64,000 bases of DNA from Candidatus Woesebacteria bacterium (GTDB lineage: Bacteria; Patescibacteriota; Microgenomatia; UBA8517). Positions 20,572-30,483 of this stretch are shown piece after piece. A model generated the notes under the pieces. It worked only from the letters and a program-made list of their open reading frames with translations. It did not search any database and had not been told where the DNA came from. Every line of letters starts with the position of its first letter. Position 1 is the first letter of the stretch. The DNA lies in the NCBI GenBank assembly GCA_013374835.1, contig CP055307.1:343315-407314 (forward strand), read 5' to 3'. A program made the translations under genes and the position numbers.

Positions 20572-21552
20572 ATGGAGAGAGCGATTATTGTTGAGCGTTT
20601 GGTCAAAAATTTTCAAGTAACCGAACGTAATGCGGGTTTTTGGGAGGCTTTAGGTTCTTTGCTTAAGCCGAAGAAAAAAACAGTTGAGGCTCTAAGGGGT
20701 GTTTCTTTTTCGGTTTCTGAGGGAGAATTTGTTGGGTTAATCGGTCCGAACGGAGCCGGTAAAACAACTATTTTGAAGATACTTTCGGGGATACTTTTTC
20801 CGACACACGGATTTGTTCAGGTTATGGGATATACACCTTGGGAAAGGAGAGAGTCTTATCTTAAAACAATATCCATGGTTATGGGACAGAAAAACCAGCT
20901 TTGGTGGGATCTTCCTGCAACGGACACTTTTGAGCTGAATAGAAGGATATATGGTATTTCCGATAGGACTTATCAGAAGAACTTGCGTGAGCTTGTTAAT
21001 CTTCTTGGGGTGGAAAAGTATATGAAGAGACAGGTAAGAAGGCTTTCTTTGGGTCAGAGAATGCGGCTTGAGCTTGTTGCCGCTTTGATACATAAGCCAA
21101 AAGTTGTTTTTTTGGATGAGCCGACGATAGGCCTTGACGTAATCGCACAAAAAAAGCTTAGAGATTTTATTAAGAAGTATAACAGGGAACATGAAGCCAC
21201 AATTATTCTTACATCGCATAACATGGATGATGTGATTGAACTTTGTAGGCGTGTAATTGTAATTAATGAAGGGGAGATTGTTTTTGACGGAGATTTGAAG
21301 GATCTTATTGTTAGATATGCAAAGGAGAAGGTGATAAAGTTCTCGGTGTCTTCGGAGATTGATACCAAGAAGCTTGTTAAGATGGGAAGGGTGGAAATTG
21401 CAAAATATCCTTATTACGAGCTTTATGTTTCAAGGTCCGTTTCTAAGATAGCCGCATCAGAGCTTCTTTCTAGTTTTCCTGTTTCGGACTTAACTATTGA
21501 AGAGGAGCCGATAAATGAGATTGTGGGTAAAGTTTTTTCCTCGAATGCATAA
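20572..21552 (+). CDS. ABC transporter ATP-binding protein
   Basis: GPNGAGKTT, LSLGQRMR, LDEPTIGLD. Confidence 0.93.
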   Translation: MERAIIVERLVKNFQVTERNAGFWEALGSLLKPKKKTVEALRGVSFSVSEGEFVGLIGPNGAGKTTILKILSGILFPTHGFVQVMGYTPWERRESYLKTISMVMGQKNQLWWDLPATDTFELNRRIYGISDRTYQKNLRELVNLLGVEKYMKRQVRRLSLGQRMRLELVAALIHKPKVVFLDEPTIGLDVIAQKKLRDFIKKYNREHEATIILTSHNMDDVIELCRRVIVINEGEIVFDGDLKDLIVRYAKEKVIKFSVSSEIDTKKLVKMGRVEIAKYPYYELYVSRSVSKIAASELLSSFPVSDLTIEEEPINEIVGKVFSSNA

Positions 21553-22345
21553 ATATTTTAAGCTTTATAGCGTAGCGTTTCGGCAAGAATTTGCCTATCG
21601 TGCTAATTTTTTGACTTCGCGATTTCGAAATCTGTTTCAGATATTTTTGGTTTTTTATCTTTGGAGTAGCGTTTTTTCTCAAGAGCAGGATTTTTTTGGC
21701 TATGATAGGGCGAGAATTTTAACTTATGTATTTGGAATACTTATTGTTCGAACCTTGGTGCTAACTACGCGCGCGACAGAGGTTGCCGGTGAAATTGCGC
21801 GCGGGGATTTGACCAATTATTTAGTTAAACCTATTAATTATTTTTATTATTGGTTTAATCGTGATATTGCGGTTAAGTTTCTTCATTTGATTTTTTCTTT
21901 TTTTGAGTTTTTAATCCTTTTTTATATACTTCGTCCCCCATTTTTTATACAGACTGACCCGGTAGCAATAATTGGATTTTTACTATCTTTGATAATTGGA
22001 ATAGTTTTGTTTTATATGATTGTTTTTATTGCCGGACTGGTGCCTTTTTGGGCTCCTGAGGCTAGTTGGGGAGTTCAGTTTGTTTTGATTTTTGTTGTTA
22101 CTGAATTTTTGAGTGGAGCGTTGTTTCCTCTTGATATATTTCCGAGACAAATTATGGATATACTTTCTTTTACACCTTTTCCGTATTTACTTTTTTACCC
22201 TATAAAAATTTATCTAGGTCAGATTGGCTTATTCGGGATTTTGAAAGGCGCTTTGGTTGGATTTTTGTGGATCCTGATACTAAACTTTTTTATGAAGAAG
22301 GTTTGGGCAGCAGGAATCCGGGTTTATAGAGCGGAGGGGAGGTAA
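21545..22345 (+). CDS. ABC-2 type permease (DUF990-like)
   Basis: AYRANF, GDLTNYLVKP, SGALFPLDIFP; TM-rich. Confidence 0.85.
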   Translation: MHKYFKLYSVAFRQEFAYRANFLTSRFRNLFQIFLVFYLWSSVFSQEQDFFGYDRARILTYVFGILIVRTLVLTTRATEVAGEIARGDLTNYLVKPINYFYYWFNRDIAVKFLHLIFSFFEFLILFYILRPPFFIQTDPVAIIGFLLSLIIGIVLFYMIVFIAGLVPFWAPEASWGVQFVLIFVVTEFLSGALFPLDIFPRQIMDILSFTPFPYLLFYPIKIYLGQIGLFGILKGALVGFLWILILNFFMKKVWAAGIRVYRAEGR

Positions 22346-22346
22346 A

Positions 22347-23135
22347 TTGAAGAAGCTAAAATATTATTTATTAAGCTGGATTATAATGACGAAAAACTCT
22401 TTTTTGTCCGTTTTGTCGCAGAAGAAGGTGCTTGCGCTTTTTTTTGTAGGAAAGATTGTTCGTTTTTTGTTTTTTTATCTTTTTATTTATTATTTAATTC
22501 GTGAAACGGGTAGCCTGGCCGGATATAATTTTCATCAAACTATTTTTATATTTTTGACATTTAATTTGGTAGATATTTTAGCTCAGTTTTTGTTTCGGGA
22601 TGTGTACAGATTTAGGCCGAAGATAATTTCCGGCGAGTTTGATCTTACGCTTCTTAAGCCGCAGAGTGCGCTTTTTCGATCCATGATGAGCGGGGCAGAT
22701 GTGATTGATTTTGTTACACTACCTTTTATCTTTTCTTTAACTATTTATTTTGCGTTGTTTTTAGACCCGGGTGTTTTGGAAGTTGTGCTTTATACTGCTT
22801 TGGTTATTAACTCTCTTTTAATATCAAGCGCATTTCACATTTTGGTTATGGCTTTGGGAATAATTACTTTGGAGGTTGATTATTTAATTTGGATTTACAG
22901 GGATGTGCTTAATCTTGGGAGATTTCCAATAGAGATATTTGGCCGAAATATGAGGACCTTTTTGACTTACTTAGTTCCTCTTTTTACGATGATAACGGTT
23001 CCGTCTAGGGTTATGATGGGGGCTATTGACTTTGGTGTAGTTGCCGTTTCTTTTTTGGTGGGGGTAATTTTGTTTTTTTTATCGCTAAGGTTTTGGAGGG
23101 TGGCTTTGAGGCACTATACCAGCGCGAGCAGTTAA
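22347..23135 (+). CDS. ABC-2 type permease (DUF990-like)
   Basis: SGEFDLTLLKP, GRFPIEIF, RHYTSASS C-terminus. Confidence 0.85.
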   Translation: MKKLKYYLLSWIIMTKNSFLSVLSQKKVLALFFVGKIVRFLFFYLFIYYLIRETGSLAGYNFHQTIFIFLTFNLVDILAQFLFRDVYRFRPKIISGEFDLTLLKPQSALFRSMMSGADVIDFVTLPFIFSLTIYFALFLDPGVLEVVLYTALVINSLLISSAFHILVMALGIITLEVDYLIWIYRDVLNLGRFPIEIFGRNMRTFLTYLVPLFTMITVPSRVMMGAIDFGVVAVSFLVGVILFFLSLRFWRVALRHYTSASS

Positions 23136-24055
23136 TGATGGAAATGCTCTGGATTTTGGCTTTTTCGGGATTCGTTTCTCTTTTTTACCAGTGTGCCTAG
23201 ATTACGTTCTGCTTCTATTTTTTCAAGTTCTACAAACATTCCTGCGAGTTTTTGGATCTGGGGATTGTTTGGAGGAAGATTTTTTTTGCACAAATATACA
23301 TAAAATCTTTGAAGCACAGTATCCACTCTGTCGAGATTGGGGATATCGAGGGTTTGCCAAATTGTGTCACAGCTTTTTTGGTAGTCATTTATGATTTCTT
23401 CTTCGGGAATGTTTTCAAAACCATGCATTACTTTTAGCGCTTTTATTCTTGCCCGTTCACCAAGAGCAACTGCCAATACGCTTTGGGATGCGTTTAGAAG
23501 TAATGGATTTGATTCTCTCTTTGCCTCAATTGCTTTTTTTTGGCCTATTTCTATCGCTTGTTGGTAGTAATACTGAGCGAGGTCTAGATTGTTTTTTGAA
23601 ACTTTTGGTCTTCTTTCATACGTTCTTGCGATATTTCGTGCTATTTCTGCATTCCATACGATTGGTCCGTGTGGAGTTCGGTTTATGTTTTCAAGCCTAT
23701 CTGAATAAGCGTTTAGTTTATCGAGCCAATCTAATGCTTGGTCAAGGGCGCTATTTCGCTCTTCGTCGGATTTTAAGGTGTGGGCTGCCATGCTTTCTAG
23801 GGTGCCGGATGCCATAAGCGCGGAAAGGGCGACCAGAATTGTTGAGTCGGCTTGGTCGAGATCGTTTGATCTTGATAAAAGAGCTGTTGCTTCGTTAAAT
23901 GCTGTAGTTGCTATATCAAGAACATCTTGGTAATTTTGATTTTTGGCTGCTTTCATTTCACCACCAGCGGCGGCTCTTTTTTCTTCCGCAAATTCAAGAG
24001 TTTTGCTAAGTATATCTTGGGCTTCTTTTACCGATAAACTGTATTCAATACTCAT
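23132..24055 (-). CDS. Hypothetical all-alpha (TPR-like) protein
   Basis: 307-aa ORF, Ala/Leu-rich helices e.g. LAQYYYQQAIEI. Confidence 0.6.
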   Translation of the reverse strand: MSIEYSLSVKEAQDILSKTLEFAEEKRAAAGGEMKAAKNQNYQDVLDIATTAFNEATALLSRSNDLDQADSTILVALSALMASGTLESMAAHTLKSDEERNSALDQALDWLDKLNAYSDRLENINRTPHGPIVWNAEIARNIARTYERRPKVSKNNLDLAQYYYQQAIEIGQKKAIEAKRESNPLLLNASQSVLAVALGERARIKALKVMHGFENIPEEEIINDYQKSCDTIWQTLDIPNLDRVDTVLQRFYVYLCKKNLPPNNPQIQKLAGMFVELEKIEAERNLGTLVKKRNESRKSQNPEHFHH

Positions 24056-24077
24056 TGTTTTATATTATACTATAGGT

Positions 24078-25067
24078 ATGATTAGAAATAAAAAGGTTCT
24101 TATTGTTTGTGGGCCGACGGCGACGGGAAAAACCGATTTGGCGATTTATCTTGCTAAAAAGTTTGAAGGAGAAATAGTAAGCGCAGATTCGAGGCAAGTT
24201 TATAAGGGGATGGATATAGGAACGGGTAAGGATCTTCCAAAAAATTCCAAATTCAAACTTTCAAATCTCAAAGAGGGGAAGGAGACGGTTGGATATTATA
24301 AAGTAGGTGGTTTGAGAATTTGGGGATACGACCTAGTTGATCCTACCCGTTTTTTAAAAAAGAATTTTAGCGTCGCACAATATCAAAAGATAGGGGAGAG
24401 AATAATTGCTGATATTTTAAAGCGAAATAAGCTTCCGATTATAGTAGGAGGAAGCGGACTTTATATTAATGCTTTGATTTACGGAATTGAAACTTCTCAA
24501 ATTAGTCCTGACCTCAAGCTTCGTAAAAAACTTTTTGACAAAAGCGCTGATTATATATTCTCCTTGTTAAGAGAACTTGATTCTAAGAAAGCATTGGCGA
24601 TGAATAACAGCGATAGAAAGAATAAAAGACGCCTTATAAGGGCAATCGAAATAGCTCGAAGTAAGCACAAAATTGAAAGTTTGAAAAGAAAGCCTAATTG
24701 TCAAATTTTGACCATTGGGATTAAATTGGAAAGGGAGAAGCTTAAAGACAGAATACAAAGGCGCGTGCAGAAACGTGTAAAGGACGGGATTCTTAATGAG
24801 ATTGAGAAGTTATTGAAATCTGGTGTTTCATGGGAAGATCAGTCTATGCAAGCTTTGGGTTATAGGCAGTGGAGGGGATATTTTGAAGGCATAGAAAGTC
24901 GTGAAGACGCTATTCGTCGATGGATAAATGAGGAATGTAAATACGCAAAGAGACAGATAACATGGTTTAAAAAACAAGAATTTATTCGCTGGTTTGATGG
25001 TGACTCTTCTTTATTACGAAGTCAGGTAGAAAAAGAGGTAAAAAGATGGTATAAATATAAAGTATAA
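24078..25067 (+). CDS. miaA: tRNA dimethylallyltransferase
   Basis: GPTATGKT, SADSRQVYKGMDIGTGK, VGGSGLY, YAKRQITWF; ATG 24078. Confidence 0.96.
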   Translation: MIRNKKVLIVCGPTATGKTDLAIYLAKKFEGEIVSADSRQVYKGMDIGTGKDLPKNSKFKLSNLKEGKETVGYYKVGGLRIWGYDLVDPTRFLKKNFSVAQYQKIGERIIADILKRNKLPIIVGGSGLYINALIYGIETSQISPDLKLRKKLFDKSADYIFSLLRELDSKKALAMNNSDRKNKRRLIRAIEIARSKHKIESLKRKPNCQILTIGIKLEREKLKDRIQRRVQKRVKDGILNEIEKLLKSGVSWEDQSMQALGYRQWRGYFEGIESREDAIRRWINEECKYAKRQITWFKKQEFIRWFDGDSSLLRSQVEKEVKRWYKYKV

Positions 25068-25069
25068 AT

Positions 25070-26053
25070 ATGCCAAGGAAGATTGAAATATCCCATAGAA
25101 CTATTGTTTTTACTGTATTTTTCTTGATTTTTTTGTGGCTTCTTTATCTTATTAAAGAGGTTATTTTACAGATTTTTGTGGCTTTGCTTATTATGACGAT
25201 ACTAAACCCGACGGTTTGCAAACTTCATAGGAATCTAAAAATGCCAAGGACAGTTGCAGTTGTTTTTGTTTATCTGGTTGTCTTTGGTATATTGACCAGT
25301 TTTTTTGCGCTTCTTGTTCCACCTTTAATTGAGCAAACAGGTAGTTTTGCAAACAGTATCCCAAAGTATGTGGAGGAGCTTAAAGTTCCGGAATTTGTAG
25401 CACAGGGAATCTCAAATGAAGCAACAAGCCAGCTTGCAAGACTCCCCTCTCAGCTTATAAAAATGAGTATCGCAATATTTTCCAATGTTTTAGCTATTTT
25501 TTCTGTGTTTATTTTTGCATTATACTTTTTAATTTTTAGAGAACGACTTGATGAACAATTAAGCGCTTTTTTTAAAAATGAAAAGAACGAGAAAAAAATT
25601 GAAAGGGTTATTGACAAGCTCGAATTAAGGCTTGGAGGCTGGGCTAGAGGCCAGATCGTGCTTATGGTGGTTGTGGGGCTTGCACATTACATCGGTTTTG
25701 TAATTATAGGTCTTCCTTTTGCAGTACCGTTGGCTCTTTTAGCTGGTCTTTTTGAGATAGTTCCCAATATAGGCCCTGTTATAGCTGCGTTGCCGGCAAT
25801 TATTGTAGCTTTTGGTGTATCTCCGGTTACCGCTTTGGCTGTCGCGACGCTTAGTGTGTTGATTCAGCAGTTGGAAAACTATGTATTGGTGCCAAAGGTA
25901 ATGGAAAAATCGGTTGGTGTAAATCCTATTATCACGCTTTTATCGTTGGTGATCGGCCTTAAGCTTGCCGGCGTGGTGGGTGCGCTTTTGTCTGTACCAG
26001 TAGTAATTACGCTTCATGTATTTTTTGATGAGTTTTTGTTTAATAAGAATTAG
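25070..26053 (+). CDS. AI-2E family transporter
   Basis: FEIVPNIGP, QQLENYVLVPKVM, GALLSVP. Confidence 0.9.
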   Translation: MPRKIEISHRTIVFTVFFLIFLWLLYLIKEVILQIFVALLIMTILNPTVCKLHRNLKMPRTVAVVFVYLVVFGILTSFFALLVPPLIEQTGSFANSIPKYVEELKVPEFVAQGISNEATSQLARLPSQLIKMSIAIFSNVLAIFSVFIFALYFLIFRERLDEQLSAFFKNEKNEKKIERVIDKLELRLGGWARGQIVLMVVVGLAHYIGFVIIGLPFAVPLALLAGLFEIVPNIGPVIAALPAIIVAFGVSPVTALAVATLSVLIQQLENYVLVPKVMEKSVGVNPIITLLSLVIGLKLAGVVGALLSVPVVITLHVFFDEFLFNKN

Positions 26054-26085
26054 ATATTTTTGCCTCGAAATGCTATAATATATCC

Positions 26086-26418
26086 GCCTTGGAGGAAGGG
26101 TGATTGCTCCGATATTGTATCGGAGAGGAAAGTCCAGGCAGCTGAAGGCAGGGTGCCCCGTTTATGTAATCATGGACGGGGACGCGTAAGCGCTAGATAG
26201 TGCCACAGAGACAACGACTCACCAGTATACTTTAAAGGTATACAGGAAGAGGGTGAAAAGAGGAAAACCTCCCCGCTGCAACCTGCGAGTAAGGATTAAG
26301 GACGCCTTCCCAGCCTTGAAGACAGGGCATCCCGTATTGATTCGGGAGTCCCCGATAGATATCGGGGAGAGACAGATGATCACCGAGAAACAGAACCTGG
26401 CTTACTAGCCTCCAAGGC
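26086..26418 (+). ncRNA. rnpB: RNase P RNA
   Basis: P1 GCCTTGGAGG/CCTCCAAGGC; GAGGAAAGTCC, AGTGCCACAGA, ACAGAACCTGGCTTA conserved regions; TATAAT upstream. Confidence 0.93.
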
Positions 26419-26442
26419 AAAAACCATATAAAATACCCTTAT

Positions 26443-26904
26443 ATGCGTTTGGTAATACAAAGGGTGAATAAAGCGAAAGTTGAAGCACAAAAACGGGTTG
26501 TAGGAGAAATCGATAAAGGGCTTTTTGTACTTTTGGGTATAGGAGAAGCGGACACAAGAAAAAATGCCGAAGAGATTGTTAGAAAACTTCTTAAGCTTCG
26601 AGTAATGGCTGATTCAAATGACAAAATGAATCTTGATATTAAGGAGGCCGGGGGATCTCTGCTTGTTGTATCGCAGTTTACCCTTTATGCAGATATGAGC
26701 CGTGGTAATAGACCTTCTTTTATAAAGGCTGCAAAGCCTGAAATTGCCCGAGATTTATATAAATATTTTATTAGCCTTCTTGTTGAAGCCGGAGTTTATG
26801 TACAAACTGGAGAATTTGGTGAATATATGAATATCAATTTGGAGCTTGATGGACCGGTAACAATATTGATGACTAACGACCCGCCTGACGGCGGGCAAAG
26901 TTAA
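26443..26904 (+). CDS. dtd: D-aminoacyl-tRNA deacylase
   Basis: MRLVIQRV, VSQFTL, GNRPSF, DGPVT. Confidence 0.96.
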   Translation: MRLVIQRVNKAKVEAQKRVVGEIDKGLFVLLGIGEADTRKNAEEIVRKLLKLRVMADSNDKMNLDIKEAGGSLLVVSQFTLYADMSRGNRPSFIKAAKPEIARDLYKYFISLLVEAGVYVQTGEFGEYMNINLELDGPVTILMTNDPPDGGQS

Positions 26905-26914
26905 TTACTAATAA

Positions 26915-27523
26915 ATGAGAGCGGTTTTATCTACAGTATTGAGAGTGTTTTTGATGAGTGCTGTTTGTGTTTTATTTGTGGTGTTTATTGGGAGCATATA
27001 TTTTGTCGGTTATTTACATGGATTTAATAATGCTTCTTTGCGAATTGGATTAATGGGACAGGAGAAAGAAGTTTCAGTGAAAATTTCTTCAACAGTTCCT
27101 TCCCCCACTCCAATAGTTATTGAAAGACCTGTTTATCCTAAAAAGAGCACCTCTAGTTTTGGAGGACCTGAGCTTTGGGAGGCTGTGAATAAAAGGAGAA
27201 CTGAACTTGGAGTTAATCCCCTTTCAAGCCGATCGGAGATTTGTACAATTGCTTCCATAAGGCTTAATGAGCTTCTTGAGATCGGATCTTTGGACGCGCA
27301 CGAGGGTTTTAGCAATATGCCCGAAAGAAGAGAGGATTTAAGATGGATATTTGAGAAGTATAATTTGACCGAGTTTTTGATACAAGGCGCAAGTAGTGCC
27401 GAGGAGGCTGTTTCTTCTTGGGAGAATACTTTGGGTCACAGTAAGCTTTTAACGGGTGGTGAGTATGTTTGGGGATGTATATACGCCCAGAATGGATTTG
27501 GTGTTGCCATAACAGCTTATTAG
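26915..27523 (+). CDS. Membrane-anchored CAP/SCP-like domain protein
   Basis: N-terminal TM; AVNKRR..GVNPL, AVSSWENTLGH. Confidence 0.65.
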   Translation: MRAVLSTVLRVFLMSAVCVLFVVFIGSIYFVGYLHGFNNASLRIGLMGQEKEVSVKISSTVPSPTPIVIERPVYPKKSTSSFGGPELWEAVNKRRTELGVNPLSSRSEICTIASIRLNELLEIGSLDAHEGFSNMPERREDLRWIFEKYNLTEFLIQGASSAEEAVSSWENTLGHSKLLTGGEYVWGCIYAQNGFGVAITAY

Positions 27524-28149
27524 CTAAGAAGGTTGTTTTTCTGTAGGAATTCTAGAAGTCTTTTTTTGCTTTTGTGCTGTCTACCGATGCTTACAAAAAG
27601 GCGATTTAAGTCTTTCCAATTTTTTTTGGGGATAATTTTTATGAGTTCTTTTTCAGTTTGTTCCGGATTTTTTGTGTTAACCCAACCTAATAAATTGCTG
27701 ATTCTGTGGACGTGAGTGTCAACGGCAATTGCCGGTTTGCCAAAAGCTCTGTTTAGGACTAAGTTTGCGGTTTTATTTCCTACTCCTGGAAGTGAAAGCA
27801 GATCCTCTTTTTTTTTGGGGACAATTCCTTTGTGCTTATACAAAATAATTTCTGCAAGGGCTTTTAGATGTTTTGCTTTGGTTTTGTAGAAACCTACAGG
27901 GTATATCAAATTTCTAATTTCTAACTCCTCTAATTTATTTAAACTTTGGAGGTTGGGTGCTTTGGAAAATAAACGTTTTGAAGCGGCGAGAGTGGTGTCG
28001 TCGTTAGTGCGTGAGGATAAAAGAGTTGATACAAGAGTTTTGTAAGGGTCGTTGCCGAATATTTCGAGTGGTACTTCTTGGTAATTTTTTTCGAAAACAT
28101 TAAAAACCCTTTGTATTTTATTTTCTTTTAAGTTAGACTTTGATAGCAT
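27520..28149 (-). CDS. nth: Endonuclease III-like HhH-GPD glycosylase lacking Fe-S motif
   Basis: LLSLPGVGNKTAN, IAVDTHVHRI; no cysteines. Confidence 0.9.
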   Translation of the reverse strand: MLSKSNLKENKIQRVFNVFEKNYQEVPLEIFGNDPYKTLVSTLLSSRTNDDTTLAASKRLFSKAPNLQSLNKLEELEIRNLIYPVGFYKTKAKHLKALAEIILYKHKGIVPKKKEDLLSLPGVGNKTANLVLNRAFGKPAIAVDTHVHRISNLLGWVNTKNPEQTEKELIKIIPKKNWKDLNRLFVSIGRQHKSKKRLLEFLQKNNLLS

Positions 28150-28156
28150 AATTAAA

Positions 28157-28624
28157 GTGGTTGAACAGATAATAGAACTTTTACCGGTAATATTAATAGG
28201 TATTTTACTTTGGCTTTTTGGATTGACTATTGTATTTTACTGGATTTTTGTGCATTATAAAAAACTTGGGAAGGGTGTTAAATCTGGGAATCTTGTAAAA
28301 GTAATTGATGGATTAGTTGATATTGAGAAATCAAACATAAAGGCGATTGATGAAGTTAAGGCTGCGATTGTAGCGATTGAAAAAGATTCTTTAAAGCATA
28401 TACAAAAATTCGGGCTTGTCAGATTTAACCCTTTTAATGAAACGGGTGGAGACCAGAGTTTTTCTTTGTGTTTGTTGGATAACAAAGAAAACGGATTTAT
28501 GATAAGCTGTTTACATACTCGGGACAGAACGCGTGTTTATGCTAAGCCGATAAGCGCAGGAAAGAGCAAATACGAGCTTTCGAAGGAAGAAAAAAAGGCG
28601 CTTGAGCTGGCAAAGAAATCTTAA
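28157..28624 (+). CDS. DUF4446 family protein
   Basis: GLVRFNPFNETGGDQSFSL, RVYAKP, LSKEE. Confidence 0.8.
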   Translation: MVEQIIELLPVILIGILLWLFGLTIVFYWIFVHYKKLGKGVKSGNLVKVIDGLVDIEKSNIKAIDEVKAAIVAIEKDSLKHIQKFGLVRFNPFNETGGDQSFSLCLLDNKENGFMISCLHTRDRTRVYAKPISAGKSKYELSKEEKKALELAKKS

Positions 28625-28628
28625 AAAT

Positions 28629-29852
28629 ATGAAGAATATTATTGAGTCAAAAAAATTTGTAGTTACGTTTAGTATGCTTGGGCTTTTTATGCTTTCAACA
28701 GGGTTTTCATGGGCTGCCTTTAGTTTTTTAGCGAAGGATTCGGTTGACGGCGGGAATAGTCTGAGCGGGCTTGCCAAAGATCGTTCGAAAATATCTGAAG
28801 CTCCAAAAACCGAAGCATGTCCTATAAATGGTGAAATGTTTAGTAAGGCGGAGAGGGATATTTGGGAGACGAGAAGGCCGATGGCTGTTGTGATTGAAAA
28901 CCATTTGGATTCACGGCCACAGTCCGGTTTGTCTCGCGCAGATGTAGTTTACGAAGTGGTTGCCGAAGGTGGTATAACCCGTTTTTTGGCAATTTTTTAT
29001 TGTGGGGCTTCTGCGTCTGATATAACTATTGGTCCGATTAGAAGCGCAAGGACTTATCTTATTAATTGGGCTTCGGAATATGGAGAAAACCCTCTTTTTG
29101 TGCATTTTGGGGGTGCTAATAATATTTGTGGAGATTGTCCCGGAGGGGTAAAACCAAGAGGTACGGTGGCACCTGAAGTTATGGCACTTGAGACTTTGAT
29201 AAAAATGGGGTGGAGGCATTCACAGGGCAATGCTTTGGACGGAGGTGCTAATGTAAGCTATCCTGCTATAAAGAGAGACCAAACCCGTCTTGGAAATGTG
29301 TCTGCGTGGGAGCATTCTGCTATCGGGTCGAGTGATCTTCTTTTTGATCTTGGTATTGAAAGGGGATTTGGATATGAACAGGATGGAGAGCCTTGGCACT
29401 CTAGTTTTGTTCAGTGGAAGTTTGAAGATGATGCGCCAGTTTCTGGTGTTAAAGCATCAGAAATAGAGTTTGAGTTTTGGAGTAACAAGCCGGAATACAA
29501 CGTTCGCTGGGAGTACGATGCTTCCTCTAATAGTTATAAAAGATTTAACGGGGGCAAGGCGCATACCGATTGGGAGTTTGATAAACCTCAACTTAGTGTC
29601 AAGAATGTAGTTATTCAATTTGTTTTTGAAAAAGGACCAGTTGATCGCGAGCTTCATATGTATTACGAAACCGTTGATGAAGGAGATGCTTTGATTTTTA
29701 AAAATGGAGATGTAATTGAGGGGTCTTGGGAAAAAGATTCGGCATCGGGAAGAACTATTTTTTATGATAAGAACGGAGATGAAATTAGTTTTGTAAGAGG
29801 CAAAATTTGGATTGAAGCCGTACCTCGAGGAAACGATATCGAGTACAATTAG
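28629..29852 (+). CDS. DUF3048 domain exported protein
   Basis: RPMAVVIENH..SRPQSGLSRADVVYE..AEGGITR, GPIRSAR. Confidence 0.85.
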   Translation: MKNIIESKKFVVTFSMLGLFMLSTGFSWAAFSFLAKDSVDGGNSLSGLAKDRSKISEAPKTEACPINGEMFSKAERDIWETRRPMAVVIENHLDSRPQSGLSRADVVYEVVAEGGITRFLAIFYCGASASDITIGPIRSARTYLINWASEYGENPLFVHFGGANNICGDCPGGVKPRGTVAPEVMALETLIKMGWRHSQGNALDGGANVSYPAIKRDQTRLGNVSAWEHSAIGSSDLLFDLGIERGFGYEQDGEPWHSSFVQWKFEDDAPVSGVKASEIEFEFWSNKPEYNVRWEYDASSNSYKRFNGGKAHTDWEFDKPQLSVKNVVIQFVFEKGPVDRELHMYYETVDEGDALIFKNGDVIEGSWEKDSASGRTIFYDKNGDEISFVRGKIWIEAVPRGNDIEYN

Positions 29853-29890
29853 TTTACATTTGTGTTAATTTAGTATAAACTCCTTTAAAT

Positions 29891-30475
29891 ATGTCTGGAT
29901 TAGGAGATTTTATAACTTCAAAAGTGAGGGTCAAGATACTTGAACTTTTTTTTTCTAATCCATCCGAAATGTATCATGTAAGGGGTATTGTACGCGAGAT
30001 TAAAGAGGAGATAAATGCGGTAAGGCGTGAACTTGCTCGGCTTGAGTCGGCAGGAATGGTTAGGAAAGAGTCGAGGGGAAACAGGGTTTACTATTGGTTG
30101 AGAAATGATTATTTGATGTATGGAGATTTAATTTCCATGATATCAAAAACAACGGGGCTTGGATCGCAGATAATTCAAAACAGAAAAAAAATTGGTAGGC
30201 CCTTGTTTGTTATGTTTTCGGGGCGATTCGCACGGTATAAAGAAAGAAAAAGAGATGATGAGGTAGATGTTTTGGTTGTTGGGGATATTGTACTACCAGA
30301 GCTTGCTACTTTAATAAGGGTAGAAGAATCAAAAAGATCTGTTGAAATTAACTACACGGTGATGAGTAGAGAAGAATTTGAATTTCGCAAAAAAAGGCGT
30401 GATCCGTTTATATTAAGCGTTCTTTCCGGTAGTCGTGTGATGGTGATTGGGGATGAAGAGCTTTTAGTAAGTTAA
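29891..30475 (+). CDS. Winged-HTH plus degenerate minimal nucleotidyltransferase domain protein
   Basis: SKVRVKILELFF...NAVRRELARLE, DEVDVLVVG, EINYTVMS.EEF. Confidence 0.7.
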   Translation: MSGLGDFITSKVRVKILELFFSNPSEMYHVRGIVREIKEEINAVRRELARLESAGMVRKESRGNRVYYWLRNDYLMYGDLISMISKTTGLGSQIIQNRKKIGRPLFVMFSGRFARYKERKRDDEVDVLVVGDIVLPELATLIRVEESKRSVEINYTVMSREEFEFRKKRRDPFILSVLSGSRVMVIGDEELLVS

Positions 30476-30483
30476 GATAAGAA

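Noticed and set aside
26232-26420. 62-aa ORF on the minus strand
   Set aside because: Lies within the RNase P RNA gene.
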